Below, piece after piece: positions 1-23,100 of a DNA stretch of 64,000 nt. Origin of the DNA: Macrostomum lignano (Eukaryota); the NCBI GenBank assembly GCA_002269645.1, contig NIVC01001749.1, forward strand, positions 1-64,000, read 5' to 3'. How positions within the stretch are numbered: position 1 is the first letter of the stretch; every line of letters begins with the position of its first letter. Position numbers and translations under genes: made by a program. The notes beneath the pieces were generated by a model that saw only the letters and a list, made by a program, of their open reading frames with translations, had not been told where the DNA came from and ran no database searches.

Positions 1-11532
<11,532 letters not shown>

Positions 11533-11734
11533 ATTCGCGGGTCAGTTGTCAGCTTTAGATAGCGAAATCTCTTTGCAGGTATTTAACTGCGTATTGCATT
11601 CCGAGTGCCTTCAACCTGACTCTATCAGGTTAAGAAACTTAGCGGTCTTTTCTGAATAGCGAAATTCAACATTTGCGCGGTCAAGTCACTTAGCACGTTT
11701 AGACATCCCTATACCTAGCCCTGCCGAGGGTTTT

Positions 11735-11855
11735 GGATTGGGTTTAGGATAGGGTTTAGGATAGGGTTTAGGATAGGGCGGATTTAGGATAGGGCTTAGG
11801 ATTTAAGATAGGGTTTAGGATTTAGGATTGGAATTAGGATTTAGGATTGGGTTTG
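11735..11855. repeat. Degenerate telomere-like repeat (GGGTTTAGGATA / TTAGGA)
   Basis: Several 12-bp units, then degenerate 6-7-bp units. Confidence 0.7.
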
Positions 11856-12513
11856 GTTCGGCAATAAGAGACTGAAATTCTCAGTCAGTTTGTAGCGAAC
11901 AACGAAATAAAACATGAAAAAAAATGCGCAATCCTTTCAACTTTAGGTTCATTCTTTTTATCCCATTTATTTTTATGGGAGACCAAAGGAAGGGATCTGG
12001 GTGGGATGTCTCGGCACTTCTTGCCAACTGTTTTGAAAAGTTATTGACTGCAGAAGTGACGTCTCGATGCCGTTGATTTATTTTAATTTTTGTGAATATT
12101 AACTTTCCCCTCGTACAAGCGAACTGACCTTTTTTGTTTGATTTTTATTTAACTATTTTCTGTTGAGTTTTCTCCACGCCTGCCGATGAGTATGCTCCGC
12201 TGTACACTATGCAGTCGTCACCTTTGCTTGCCGCAGTGACCCAAAGGTTTTAGGGCACAGAGATACGAATAGAAGAGCATTATAGTTTGTATGGCTATCC
12301 TAACAGCTAAAAAAGAGCCTTATTTATTCATTGAGTTCGTTATCCTCTGCAGCTAACTTTGGCAAAAATTTTATTACGATAATACGTGCAATATCCTATA
12401 TATCTATATAAAAAAACTAAATACATGTTATACACGGTACACTTATCCTCAATATTAACTATAAAGTCGTCAAACGGCACAAAAGTTAATTGCAGTTTCA
12501 TTTAGCGATTTCA

Positions 12514-13050
12514 TTTAGCACCAGGGGCTTTAGCACCAGGGGCTTTAGCACCAGGGGCTTTAGCACCAGGGGCTTTAGCACCAGGGGCTTTAGCACCAGG
12601 GGCTTTAGCACCAGGGGCTTTAGCACCAGGGGCTTTAGCACCAGGGGCTTTAGCACCAGGGGCTTTAGCACCAGGGGCTTTAGCACCAGGGGCTTTAGCA
12701 CCAGGGGCTTTAGCACCAGGGGCTTTAGCACCAGGGGCTTTAGCACCAGGGGCTTTAGCACCAGGGGCTTTAGCACCAGGGGCTTTAGCACCAGGGGCTT
12801 TAGCACCAGGGGCTTTAGCACCAGGGGCTTTAGCACCAGGGGCTTTAGCACCAGGGGCTTTAGCACCAGGGGCTTTAGCACCAGGGGCTTTAGCACCAGG
12901 GGCTTTAGCACCAGGGGCGCCAGCACCAGGGGCTTTAGCACCAGGGGCGCCAGCACCAGGGGCTTTAGCACCAGGGGCTTTAGCACCAGGGGCTTTAGCA
13001 CCAGGGGCTTTAGCACCAGGGGCGCCAGCACCAGGGGCGCCAGCACCATC
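12514..13050. repeat. 15-bp minisatellite TTAGCACCAGGGGCT, ~35 copies
   Basis: Near-perfect copies; a GGGGCGCCAGCACC variant occurs at the right end next to the RT fragment. Confidence 0.95.
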
Positions 13051-13410
13051 CGGGGCGCCGGCGTCAGCCAGCAGGCAGTCAACGAAACGCCGAGTGCGGG
13101 CCGCGTCAACTTGTTGCTCCGTCAGCGTCCAGGCCTCGGCGATGTACAATAGAACGTTCTCGACCACCGCCTGGAACAACGCCGCCCTCTGGCGGTCAGG
13201 TAAGGCCTCAGACTACTGCAGGACCGCCCTCACAGAACGAAAGGCAGCCCAGACAAGCCCACGGCGACGCCGCAAATCTTCAACAGATGGCGCCAGGTGA
13301 CTATATGTACACCTGTTGCGAATCCCTCTAGTTTCGCTGATTAAGACCGGACAGTGGGCAAGCCTCAACTGCTGGACATCCTCAGCTAGTCTCTCAAGCA
13401 TTCAGTCAAT
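13040..13410 (-). mobile_element. RTE-like non-LTR retrotransposon RT C-terminal fragment (degenerate)
   Basis: Translation ...[53 protein letters not shown] matches the RTE pattern DI..R.GLAW.AF..L..VW...RLF.A.VESVLLYG.ETWTLT (family pattern from memory). Confidence 0.75.
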
Positions 13411-13723
13411 CACCCTGAACTGCGGAGTCACAGTAGAGAGAGAAACGGGGGTTAGAGAAGGCGATCGATAATTTTATTGCACCCGCACACCACCGTCCTT
13501 GTTGAACTGTATTTTTTGTTTTGTATATTTACGTTTGAAAATTCTGAATAGCTCATATTTCACTACAGCTGTATAAAGTTGCTTGTATTAATAGCTGTTT
13601 GTTATGTAAAAAAGCAACAGTGTTTCATAAAGCTGAATAATTGTTCTATAATACCAACAACAGCAAAACACATGAGTCCAATAAACGTTCAGTGTAGTTT
13701 TGATTGCTCATTTTGCGTCACAT

Positions 13724-14540
13724 TCAGTGCTTGTGATCCGAGTGATGGTGCCCCTGGTGACCAGGCTCGTGCTGATGATGGCCGTGACCGCCCTCGCCGT
13801 GCTGATGATGATGATGCTGCTTGCCAGCCTCCGACTGACAGCAGTCGTTTTTCTGGCAGCAATCGCCGGAGTTGCAATCGCTAGGCGGGCATTTGCACTT
13901 TTCGCCGCACAATTCGGCCGAATGCTTCTGCTGAGTGTCGCCGCATGGCTGGCAGGATTTGTGCTCGGCTTTGCGTGTCGAGGTGGCGCGGTGAATGTAC
14001 ATGTACATTCTATGTTCTAGGAAGGCTATGTACATTCGTTCATTTGCTGCGATGTCTATTTCTCCAACCCTCTAACCCCGCCTACCTGCGTACATTTCTC
14101 CAACCCTCTAACCCAGCCTAGCTTGCGAGCATTTATCTAGCCCTCTAACCCCGCCTAGCCTGCGTAAATTTCTCCAAACCCTCTAACCCCGCCTAGCCTG
14201 CGTAAATTTCTCCAAACCCCCTAACCCCGCCTAGCCTGCGTACATTTCTCCAACCCTCTAACCCAGCCTAGCCTGCGTACATTTATCTAGCCCTCTAACC
14301 CAGCTTAGCCTGCGTACATTTATCTAGCCTCTATCCCCGCCTAGCCTGCGTAATTCTAGCGTAAGTAAACTACTGTACACTCTCTAATTCGTGTACATTC
14401 TGCTAGATAATGCCTAACATCAGTACTTTCATCGACTCTATGTTGTACACTGTTGCTCTCCGTCTTCAATACGCCATCAATACGGCTGATCAAATGCCAT
14501 TTAAAATCGAAACAAGAGTGGATAAATATTACTTACACAT
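13724..14540 (-). CDS. 82-aa metallothionein-like Cys-rich protein with His-rich C-terminal tail
   Basis: Exon 1 CDS ATG-T (14540-14537) followed by GTAAGT; exon 2 13968-13724 after AAG. Joined product: MSEHKSCQPCGDTQQKHSAELCGEKCKCPPSDCNSGDCCQKNDCCQSEAGKQHHHHQHGEGGHGHHQHEPGHQGHHHSDHKH (10 Cys, 17 His, no F/W/Y). The acceptor has a weak pyrimidine tract. Confidence 0.7.
14055..14360. repeat. ~37-bp minisatellite in the metallothionein-like intron
   Basis: Unit ~TTCTCCAACCCTCTAACCCCGCCTAGCCTGCGTACAT. Confidence 0.85.
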
Positions 14541-14579
14541 CTTCACGGAGACTTGTTGAAACAATAATAGATAGCCCGA

Positions 14580-14690
14580 AGATTTGAATTCGAGAGCTCG
14601 AGAATTCGATCTTATAGATGCATGGCAGTCGTTTTCTGATATCCTTGATCGCTTTTATAGACAAGGGTATTGAATTTTAATTGGTCAAAA
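14580..14690 (-). promoter_or_regulatory. Core promoter of the metallothionein-like gene (CCAAT, TATA-like, Inr-like)
   Basis: Minus strand: CCAAT at 14684-14680, CTATAAGA at ~14617-14610, TCAAAT ~25-30 nt further on, ATG ~45 nt beyond that. Confidence 0.5.
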
Positions 14691-15065
14691 CACGCCACGG
14701 AAGATTTCCCAATTTTGGGTTTAGGAAAACAGTGCTCATTCGTCGCTCCCATATTCGTATAAGTCCAGTGAGCACTTGCTTCCCATCTATATGCTCCACC
14801 ATGCATCTGGGAGGAATAGGGTTGAGCTGATACAGATGGCGCATTCGAAAAATTCAGCGAAAAACCAACTGAAGAGAAGACCAGAGAGTGAGGGATCCCA
14901 GTTTTGTGAAGCGCATTTAGCAGCTAAAACATGCACATGCATAGCTCGTAGAGGCAGTCTGATATGGGCGATGCATGATATTGCGAATGCGCTGCTTTTT
15001 ATCTCAATGCACAGTTGGACAACCACCATTAAGTATGCATTCACTCCTGACCTTAGATGGTATGA

Positions 15066-15125
15066 TGTCTATCTATCTATCTACCTATCTATCTACCTAT
15101 CTATCTATCCATCTATCTATCCATC

Positions 15126-15173
<48 letters not shown>

Positions 15174-15226
15174 CATCTATCTATCCATCTATCTATCTAT
15201 CTATCTATCTATTTATCTATCTATCC

Positions 15227-15284
<58 letters not shown>

Positions 15285-15378
15285 CTATTTATCTATCTAC
15301 CTATCTATCTATCTATCTATCCATCTATCTATCCCTATCTATCTATCTATCTATCCATCTATCTATCTATCTTTCTCC

Positions 15379-15427
<49 letters not shown>

Positions 15428-15476
15428 CATCTATCCATCTATCTATCTATCTATCTACCTATCTATCTATCTGTCT
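15066..15476. repeat. (CTAT)n microsatellite
   Basis: Direct inspection. Confidence 0.95.
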
Positions 15477-15834
15477 AGTGTATGGAAATACATCGAAATG
15501 TATATAAAAATCTAAAAAGTCTGCTCACACTGAACTCAGAATTTGAAGTCACACTCTCCCACTCTACAATTCGATGCCATAGACGCCCCGGCCTCGAATC
15601 GTACGATTCGAAAACAGAAGCCGAAAGTTTATTAGGCTGGATATTAAGACGAAAGTCCAGAGGAAAAAGTGGACGAAGTACAATTCGTACTACGTACATG
15701 TAAAAGTTTTCTTAATTTATATGCAAAACTGCATGACAACCTTAGAAATGAAATTTTTTGACACATGCGTAAATAAAAAAATCTATTGGGAAATCAATCA
15801 TGTTGGCCTTGTCATCAGACAGAAGTCTACGCTC

Positions 15835-16265
15835 GTATGACTCAATGTGCCAAGCAGACAGATGAACAACTCTAGCTCACGGATAGTCTATGACTCAATC
15901 TGCCAAGCAAACGATGAACAACTCTAGGTCACGGATAGTCAATGACTCAATCTGCCTAGCAAACGATGAACAACTCTAGGTCACGGATAGTCAATGACTC
16001 AATCTGCCTAGCAAACGATGAACAACTCTAGGTCACGGATAGTCTATGACTCAATCTGCCAAGCAGACAGATGAACAACTCTAGCTCACGGATAGTCTAT
16101 GACTCAATCTGCCAAGCAAACAGATGAACAACTCTAGCTCACGGATAGTCTATGACTCAATCTGCCAAGCAAACGATGAACAACTCTAGGTCACGGATAG
16201 TCAATGACTCAATCTGCCTAGCAGACAGATGAACAGCTCTTAGCTCACGGATAGTTTATGACTCA
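15835..16265. repeat. 52/53-bp minisatellite, ~8 copies
   Basis: TGACTCAATCTGCC recurs at 15891, 15943, 15995 and onward. Confidence 0.92.
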
Positions 16266-17126
16266 AGTTAATAACCATGAAAACTTTTAAATAGAAAATG
16301 AAAGCATAACTTCTGTACCATAGCCAGTTGCTTTTTACTACAAATAGCGTCAAGAGTGCTGTGTACGGACGGCTAAGCTCATAAATCTCAGCCAACTCAA
16401 ATATAAATTTATTGCGTCAAAATTGGGCCTCAGCACAAGTGAAAACTCAAAGCAGCGTATTAATAGATACAATAGGTATTAAGCAAATGTTTAAACTATA
16501 CATGTGAACTAGGACAGCAGTTAGGACACCAGACTACATGAAATACAACAAAATAAATAACTATAATGCATATTTATATACACAAATAACAAAACAATGT
16601 ACAAATGCGAAATATACATATACTACAATACATAAAATTTAATATAATTTGAGCCATTTTAACTTTTTAGTATAGGGAACGCAGTTTCACTAGGAATTCC
16701 GTTTTAAAGGAGAGGACAAAATTGAGAAACGTTGAACTACACTACTAAGAGTAATTCGATAAATATAGATTGATAATTTAAACACTATTGTTTCTCTTAG
16801 AGATTCGAGCCATTTAAACTTAGAATAAAAATCATAATTTGTAGGCAAGAGAAATAAAAAACCAAGACTTAAAAATTAAAAAAAAATGTTGTGGAGCTAA
16901 CTTTATATACGAGTATAAAAAGCTACTTAAAGTAGAGCAAAGAGATAGTTGTCTCCGTAAATTGGTATATTGCGTTAAAAATAAAACACTGATTTCTAAG
17001 CTAAAGACTAGCAAGTAAAATGACCTAGATCTAGCGTTATAAGATCGATGCTTGCTACTCAATAAAAAAGTAGTATGAAAAGAATGTTACTGTATCATCC
17101 AGAACGAGTAAAAATGAGACTTTTTA

Positions 17127-20100
17127 CTACTTAGGCCGCTGACTGTACTTGTGCCGTATGGTTGTCTCGAGTTCAGCCAGTTGCTGTTCGTCGAGGGCCT
17201 CATTGAAGTTGTCGATGCTAGCTAGGATCTCCGGGTTGCTTTGGAATTCGTAGTACCTGGTTTGTTGGTCACAGGTAGTTGGTTAAGTTCGCGAGTTCGT
17301 GCATAATATAAAGATATACAGATCCAAAAATGGCGGGTAACCTTGGAGCTAAATGGTTGAACACTGAACAGATTGATCTGCCATTCAGGCGGTCCCAAGT
17401 TCGAATCCCAGAAGAGGCGAAATACAATAATTATGGGGCAGATTGTTATTTATGAGTTCGTATATAAAAGATAAGCTACGGGACGAGATTTAGCCCAGTG
17501 GTGTAACGAGAGATTCTGTTAACCGGTAGGTCGCAGGTTCGAATCCCGGTACAGGCAAAATATTTTCTAGAGTTAATAATGATTACATAGTTTGCACATA
17601 AAATGCCGAAAAATTACTATAAGTCACGTGACGAGATTTAGCCCAGTGGTGTAACGAGCGATTCTGTTAACCCGTAGGTCGCAGGTTCGAATCCCGGTAC
17701 AGGCAAAACAATTTTCTAGATTATTTACTACGACATGACAAACATCTCAAATCTCTAATCATAATCTCTAATTTCGACGGTCACGGGTTCGAATCCTAAC
17801 AGCAGCTTGAGTTATTTCTTAGGCACATACTGTTAAAATCACTTACATAGAATTGGCCGAGTAGCGCTTGAATTTGATGCAAAAGTCCAAGCAGTTATAG
17901 GACATCCAGTACTTCCAATAGTTGATCACTGGCCCAACAGCCCGTGCCCGCTCCACCGGATAACTGGCCGGCAATTGTCGGATCTCGTCGTTGCCAATGA
18001 CGCCCTCGTGAATTCTGGTCAGATATTTCAGCACCTCGCCAACGTGAGGCACCAGCGGTGGCTCCGTAGTGCTCATATTGCGAAAGTATTCCCGCGCAAA
18101 TGCGGACTGGTTGGCCAGCTTGCTAGTGAAGTCCTTCAGCTTGCGGCGAACTGAGCGGCCTGCGGTTGAGTGGGGTGTACTTTTATTTATTGCAAATTGC
18201 TACTACTGACACATCACTTATTAGTATCTCACCAGGCCACGGCAGGCGATCCAGGCTAACCAGACACAGCACAATAGCCAGGTGAGAATTGAAATTGTGA
18301 TGCCGCCGCAGCTCTTCGGCCACTTTGCAGAAGAAGCTCATGAAGCGCTGCCGGTCGCGCATTCGATCGGCTGGCCGGCCCAGCACCAGCGTCTTCGCCC
18401 AGAAGCCGAGGCGATTGAAAAAGTTTATAAACGCCTGCAGATTAACAAACTGTTCCCCGGATCTGGCGCGCACGAAGGCCAGGTACTCCTGGGGGATCGG
18501 GGATTACAGAGGGGATTAACACTGTATTCTGTGGATTAACTCACTGTATTCTGGGGATTAACTCACTGTATTCTGGGGATTAAAACACTGTATTCTGGGG
18601 ATTAACTCACTGTATTCTGGGGATTAACTCACTGTATTCTGGGGATTAACTCACTGTATTCTGGGGATTAACTCACTGTATTCTGGGGATTAACACACTG
18701 TATTCTGGGGATTAACACACTGTATTCTGGGGATTAACACGCTGTATTCTGGGGATTAACTCACTGTATTCTGGGGATTAACACACTGTATTCTGGGGAT
18801 TAACACACTGTATTCTGGGGATTAACACACTGTATTCTGGGGATTAACTCACTGTATTCTGGGGATTAACACACTGTATTCTGGGGATTAACTCACTGTA
18901 TTCTGGGAATTAACACGCTGTATTCTGGGGATTAACTCACTGTATTCTGGGGATTAACACACTGTATTCTGGGGATTAACACACTGTATTCTGGGGATTA
19001 ACACGCTGTATTCTGGGGATTAACACACTGTATTCTGGGGATTAACACGCTGTATTCTGGGGATTAACTCACTGTATTCTGGGGATTAACTCACTGTATT
19101 CTGGGAATTAACTCACTGTATTCTGGGGATTAACTCACTGTATTCTGGGGATTAACTCATTGTATTCTGGGGATTAACTCACTGTATTCTGGGGATTAAC
19201 ACGCTGTATTCTGGGGATTAACACACTGTATTCTGGGGATTAACACACTGTATTCTGGGGATTAACTCATTGTATTCTGGGGATTAACTCACTGTATTCT
19301 GGGGATTAACACGCTGTATTCTGGGGATTAACACACTGTATTCTGGGGATTAACACACTGTATTCTGGGGATTAACTCACTGTATTCTGGGGATTAACAC
19401 GCTGTATTCTGGGGATTAACACACTGTATTCTGGGGATTAACACGCTGTATTCTGGGGATTAACTCACTGTATTCTGGGGATTAACACACTGTATCATGG
19501 GGATTAACACGCTGTATTCTGGGGATTAACACACTGTATTCTGGGGATTAACACGCTGTATTCTGGGGATTAACTCACTGTATTCTGGAGATTAACACAC
19601 TGTATCATGGGGATTAACACACTGTATTCTGGGGATTAACACACTGTATTCTGGGGATTAACACACTGTATTCTGGGGATTAACACACTGGAATCTGGGG
19701 ACTAACACACTGTATTCTGGGGATTAACACACTGTATCCTGGGGATTAACTCACTGTATTCTGGGAGATTACCGCACTGTATTGTAGGGATTAAAACTAC
19801 ATTTATGGGATTAAGGCACTATAACCTTAGGTTTAACACACCTGGACTCTACTCTTGGGAGTAGAGCAATCTCACCTGAATATCGATTCTCCTATACAAC
19901 CTGGCATCCATCAAGGTGATTTGCTCGGCCACCTGTCTGGGACTGAATTCCACTATGTTGCGTCGTTTTATCGACAAAGAGGACGACAACGACAGAGTGG
20001 ATTTTGCTTTTTCGCTCTCTTCTTCGTCTCGCTGCTGCTGCTGCTGAATGCGAAGGCAGTGCAGAGCGCTGCCGAGGATCTGCACTTCGGCCAGATTACC

Positions 20101-23100
20101 GTCCGCTAGGAGACGCTCTTTGAGTTTAGCCAGCTGCTCCATCAATGGCGAGCAGGAGGCTGAGTCGGAGCCGGTGCTGGATGAGTTCAATCGATTCTCC
20201 CGGTCCTGCTGGGTCGATTCGTCCAACACGCGGATTAGGAAAGCAAAAGCCGACTTCCACAGGGTGTCCTTGTTGGCCTGGGTCTGGGGTTTGATATTAT
20301 TAGAGCGTTATAAATGGATTGCTAATCTATCCAATACACACACTGGTGCAGGAATAGAATGGATTGCTTATCTATCCAATACACAGTGATGCAGGGATAG
20401 AATGGATTGCTAATCTATCAAATACACACATTGATGAAGAAATAGAATGGATTGCCAATCCATTTCTAGCCAATATCACACTGATGCAGGAATAGAATGG
20501 ATTGCTAATCCATTGCTAAGCCAATATCACACTGATGAAGGATTAGAATGGATTGCTAATCTAGCCAATACACACTGATGAAGAAATAGAATGGATTGCT
20601 AATCCATTGCTAAGCCAATATCACACTGATGGAGGAATAGAATGGATTTCTAATCCATTTCTAGCCAATATCACACTGATGCAGGAATAGAATGGATTGC
20701 TAATCCATTGCTAAGCCAATATCACACTGATGAAGGAATAGAATGGATTGCTAATCCATTGCTAAGCCAATATCACACTGATGAAGGAATAGAATGGATT
20801 GCTAATCTAGCCAATATCACACTGATGAAGGATTAGAATGGATTGCTAATCTAGCCAATACACACTGATGAAGAAATAGAATGGATTGCTAATCCATTGC
20901 TAAGCCAATATCACACTGATGGAGGAATAGAATGGATTTCTAATCCATTTCTAGCCAATATCACACTGATGCAGGAATAGAATGGATTGCTAATCCATTG
21001 CTAAGCCAATATCACACTGATGCAGGAATAGAATGGATTGCTAATCTATTGAAACTCACCTTAAAGTGCAGGCACCGTTCCACAATCTTGGCCAGCAGCT
21101 CGGCAGGCTTAGCAAAGCAGGGGAAAGTGGCGGCGAAACTCTCGCAGAACAGAATATGGGGCCGGTCGTTGCCAGGCAGACAGGCATAGACTAGCAATGC
21201 GTCCAATGGTCCGCCTCGAACTAGAATGCAATCGTCTCCAGACGTATTACTATTAGTAGCATTAGCGGTACTGTTGGCATTGTCCCAGACTAGCAAATCG
21301 CTGAGATCTTCCTGGCAATGAGGCGGCAGCTGCGCAGCGGTGGCAGCAGCGACCGATTCATTTGATGATGCAGCCGGCTGCTGAGCGGCTTGTTGCTGAG
21401 GCTGCCTAACAGTCCTGCTGACTGTGGCGCTGCGCTGTACATACAGACCCGGCTGCAGTTCGCGCTGTTCAGACACCAGGCAGACGGTCTTGGTTCGTTC
21501 GCCGTTAACCAACGGCGTGTCGGCTTCGGGATCGTCTGGCTCGGCTGCCGACAGCAGCTGACGCCACCTGGCTCGGCACAGATCAAAGGATTCAATGGCC
21601 GAATGCCGGCTGAAGTCGATTGTCATCAGGTCGTCGCGATCAAAGCTGCCGCCGCTGCTTCTGCCGCTACTGTCGCCGAGTGCTTGCATGTACTGGGTAA
21701 CTGCGGTGTGGGTTTACGGGAGGGAACTTGTGCTGTAGAACTCAACAATTGTTTGGTACCTAGTAGTTTCCTGTCTAGATATCAAGTTTCGAGCTCCATG
21801 GCTGAGCGAGCTTAGGTTCTCCATCCAGATTTTAAGTTTAGAGCTTCATTGTTGAGCGAGCTTAGAAGGTTTCTTCATCCAGATTTTAAGTTTAGAGCTT
21901 CATTGTTGAGCGAGCTTAGAAGGTTTCTTCATCCAGATTTCAAGTTTAGAGCTCTAATGGTTGGGCGAGCTTAGAAGTTTTGTCTATCTAGATTTCAAGT
22001 TTAGAGCCCTATGGTTGGGCGAGCTTAGAAGTTTTCTCTATCTAGATTTCATGTTTAGAGCCCTATGGTTGGGCGAGCTTAGAAGTTTTGTCTATCTAGA
22101 TTTCAAGTTTAGAGCCCTATGGTTGGGCGAGCTTAGAAGTTTTGTCTATCTAGATTTCAAGTTTAGAGCCCTATGGTTGGGCGAGCTTAGAAGTTTTCTC
22201 TATCTAGATTTCAAGTTTAGAGCCCTATGGTTGGGCGAGCTTAGACGTTTTCTCTATCTAGATTTCAAGTTTAGAGCTCCATGGTTGGGCGAGCTACAAT
22301 TTTCCTCTATCTAGATTTCAAGTTTAGAGCTCCATGGTTGGGCGAGCTACAAGTTTCCTCTATCCAGATTTCAAGTTTAGAGCTCCATGCTTGAGCGAGC
22401 TACAATTTTCCTCTATCCAGATTTTATGTTTAGAGCTCCATGCTTGAGCGAGCTACAATTTTCCTCTATCCAGATTTTATGTTTAGAGCTCCATGCTTGA
22501 GCGAGCTACAATTTTCCTCTATCCAGATTTCAAGTTTAGAGCTCCATGCTTGAGCGAGCTACAATTTTCCTCTATCCAGATTTCAAGTTTAGAGCTCCAT
22601 GCTTGAGCGAGCTACAAGTTTCCTCTATCCAGATTTTATGTTTAGAGATTCATGGTTAAGCGAGCTAGAAGGTTCCTCTATCCAGATTTTATGTTTAGAG
22701 ATTCATGGTTAAGCGAGCTAGAAGGTTCCTCTATCCAGATTTTATGTTTAGAGATTCATGGTTAAGCGAGCTAGAAGGTTCCTCTATCCAGATTTTATGT
22801 TTAGAGATTCATGGTTAAGCGAGCTAGAAGGTTCCTCTATCCAGATTTTATGTTTAGAGATTCATGGTTAAGCGAGCTAGAAGGTTCCTCTATCCAGATT
22901 TTATGTTTAGAGATTCATGGTTAAGCGAGCTACAAGTTTTCTCTATCCAGATTTTAAGTTTAGAGCTCCATGCTTGAGCGAGCTACAAGTTTCCTCTATC
23001 CAGATTTCATGCTTAGAGATCCATGGTTGAGCGAGGAAGAAGTTTCCGACCTTTACGAGTAACAATTTAAAACTCTAGAATGCCTTCAATCCGCTTCAAT

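Noticed and set aside
12490-13179. Collagen-like GAKAP and RGFST ORFs
   Set aside because: A stop-free 15-bp unit is open in several frames; no splice or promoter support.
14620-15060. Metal response elements upstream of the metallothionein-like gene
   Set aside because: No exact TGCRCNC seen; only near-matches (TGCACAT, TGCTCAC).
17482-17705. Functional tRNA-Asn genes
   Set aside because: Acceptor, anticodon and T stems have multiple mismatches; kept as tRNA-derived elements.
20320-21050. Hammerhead ribozyme (CTGATGA next to a hairpin)
   Set aside because: No GAAA after a stem II and no stem I/III pairing.
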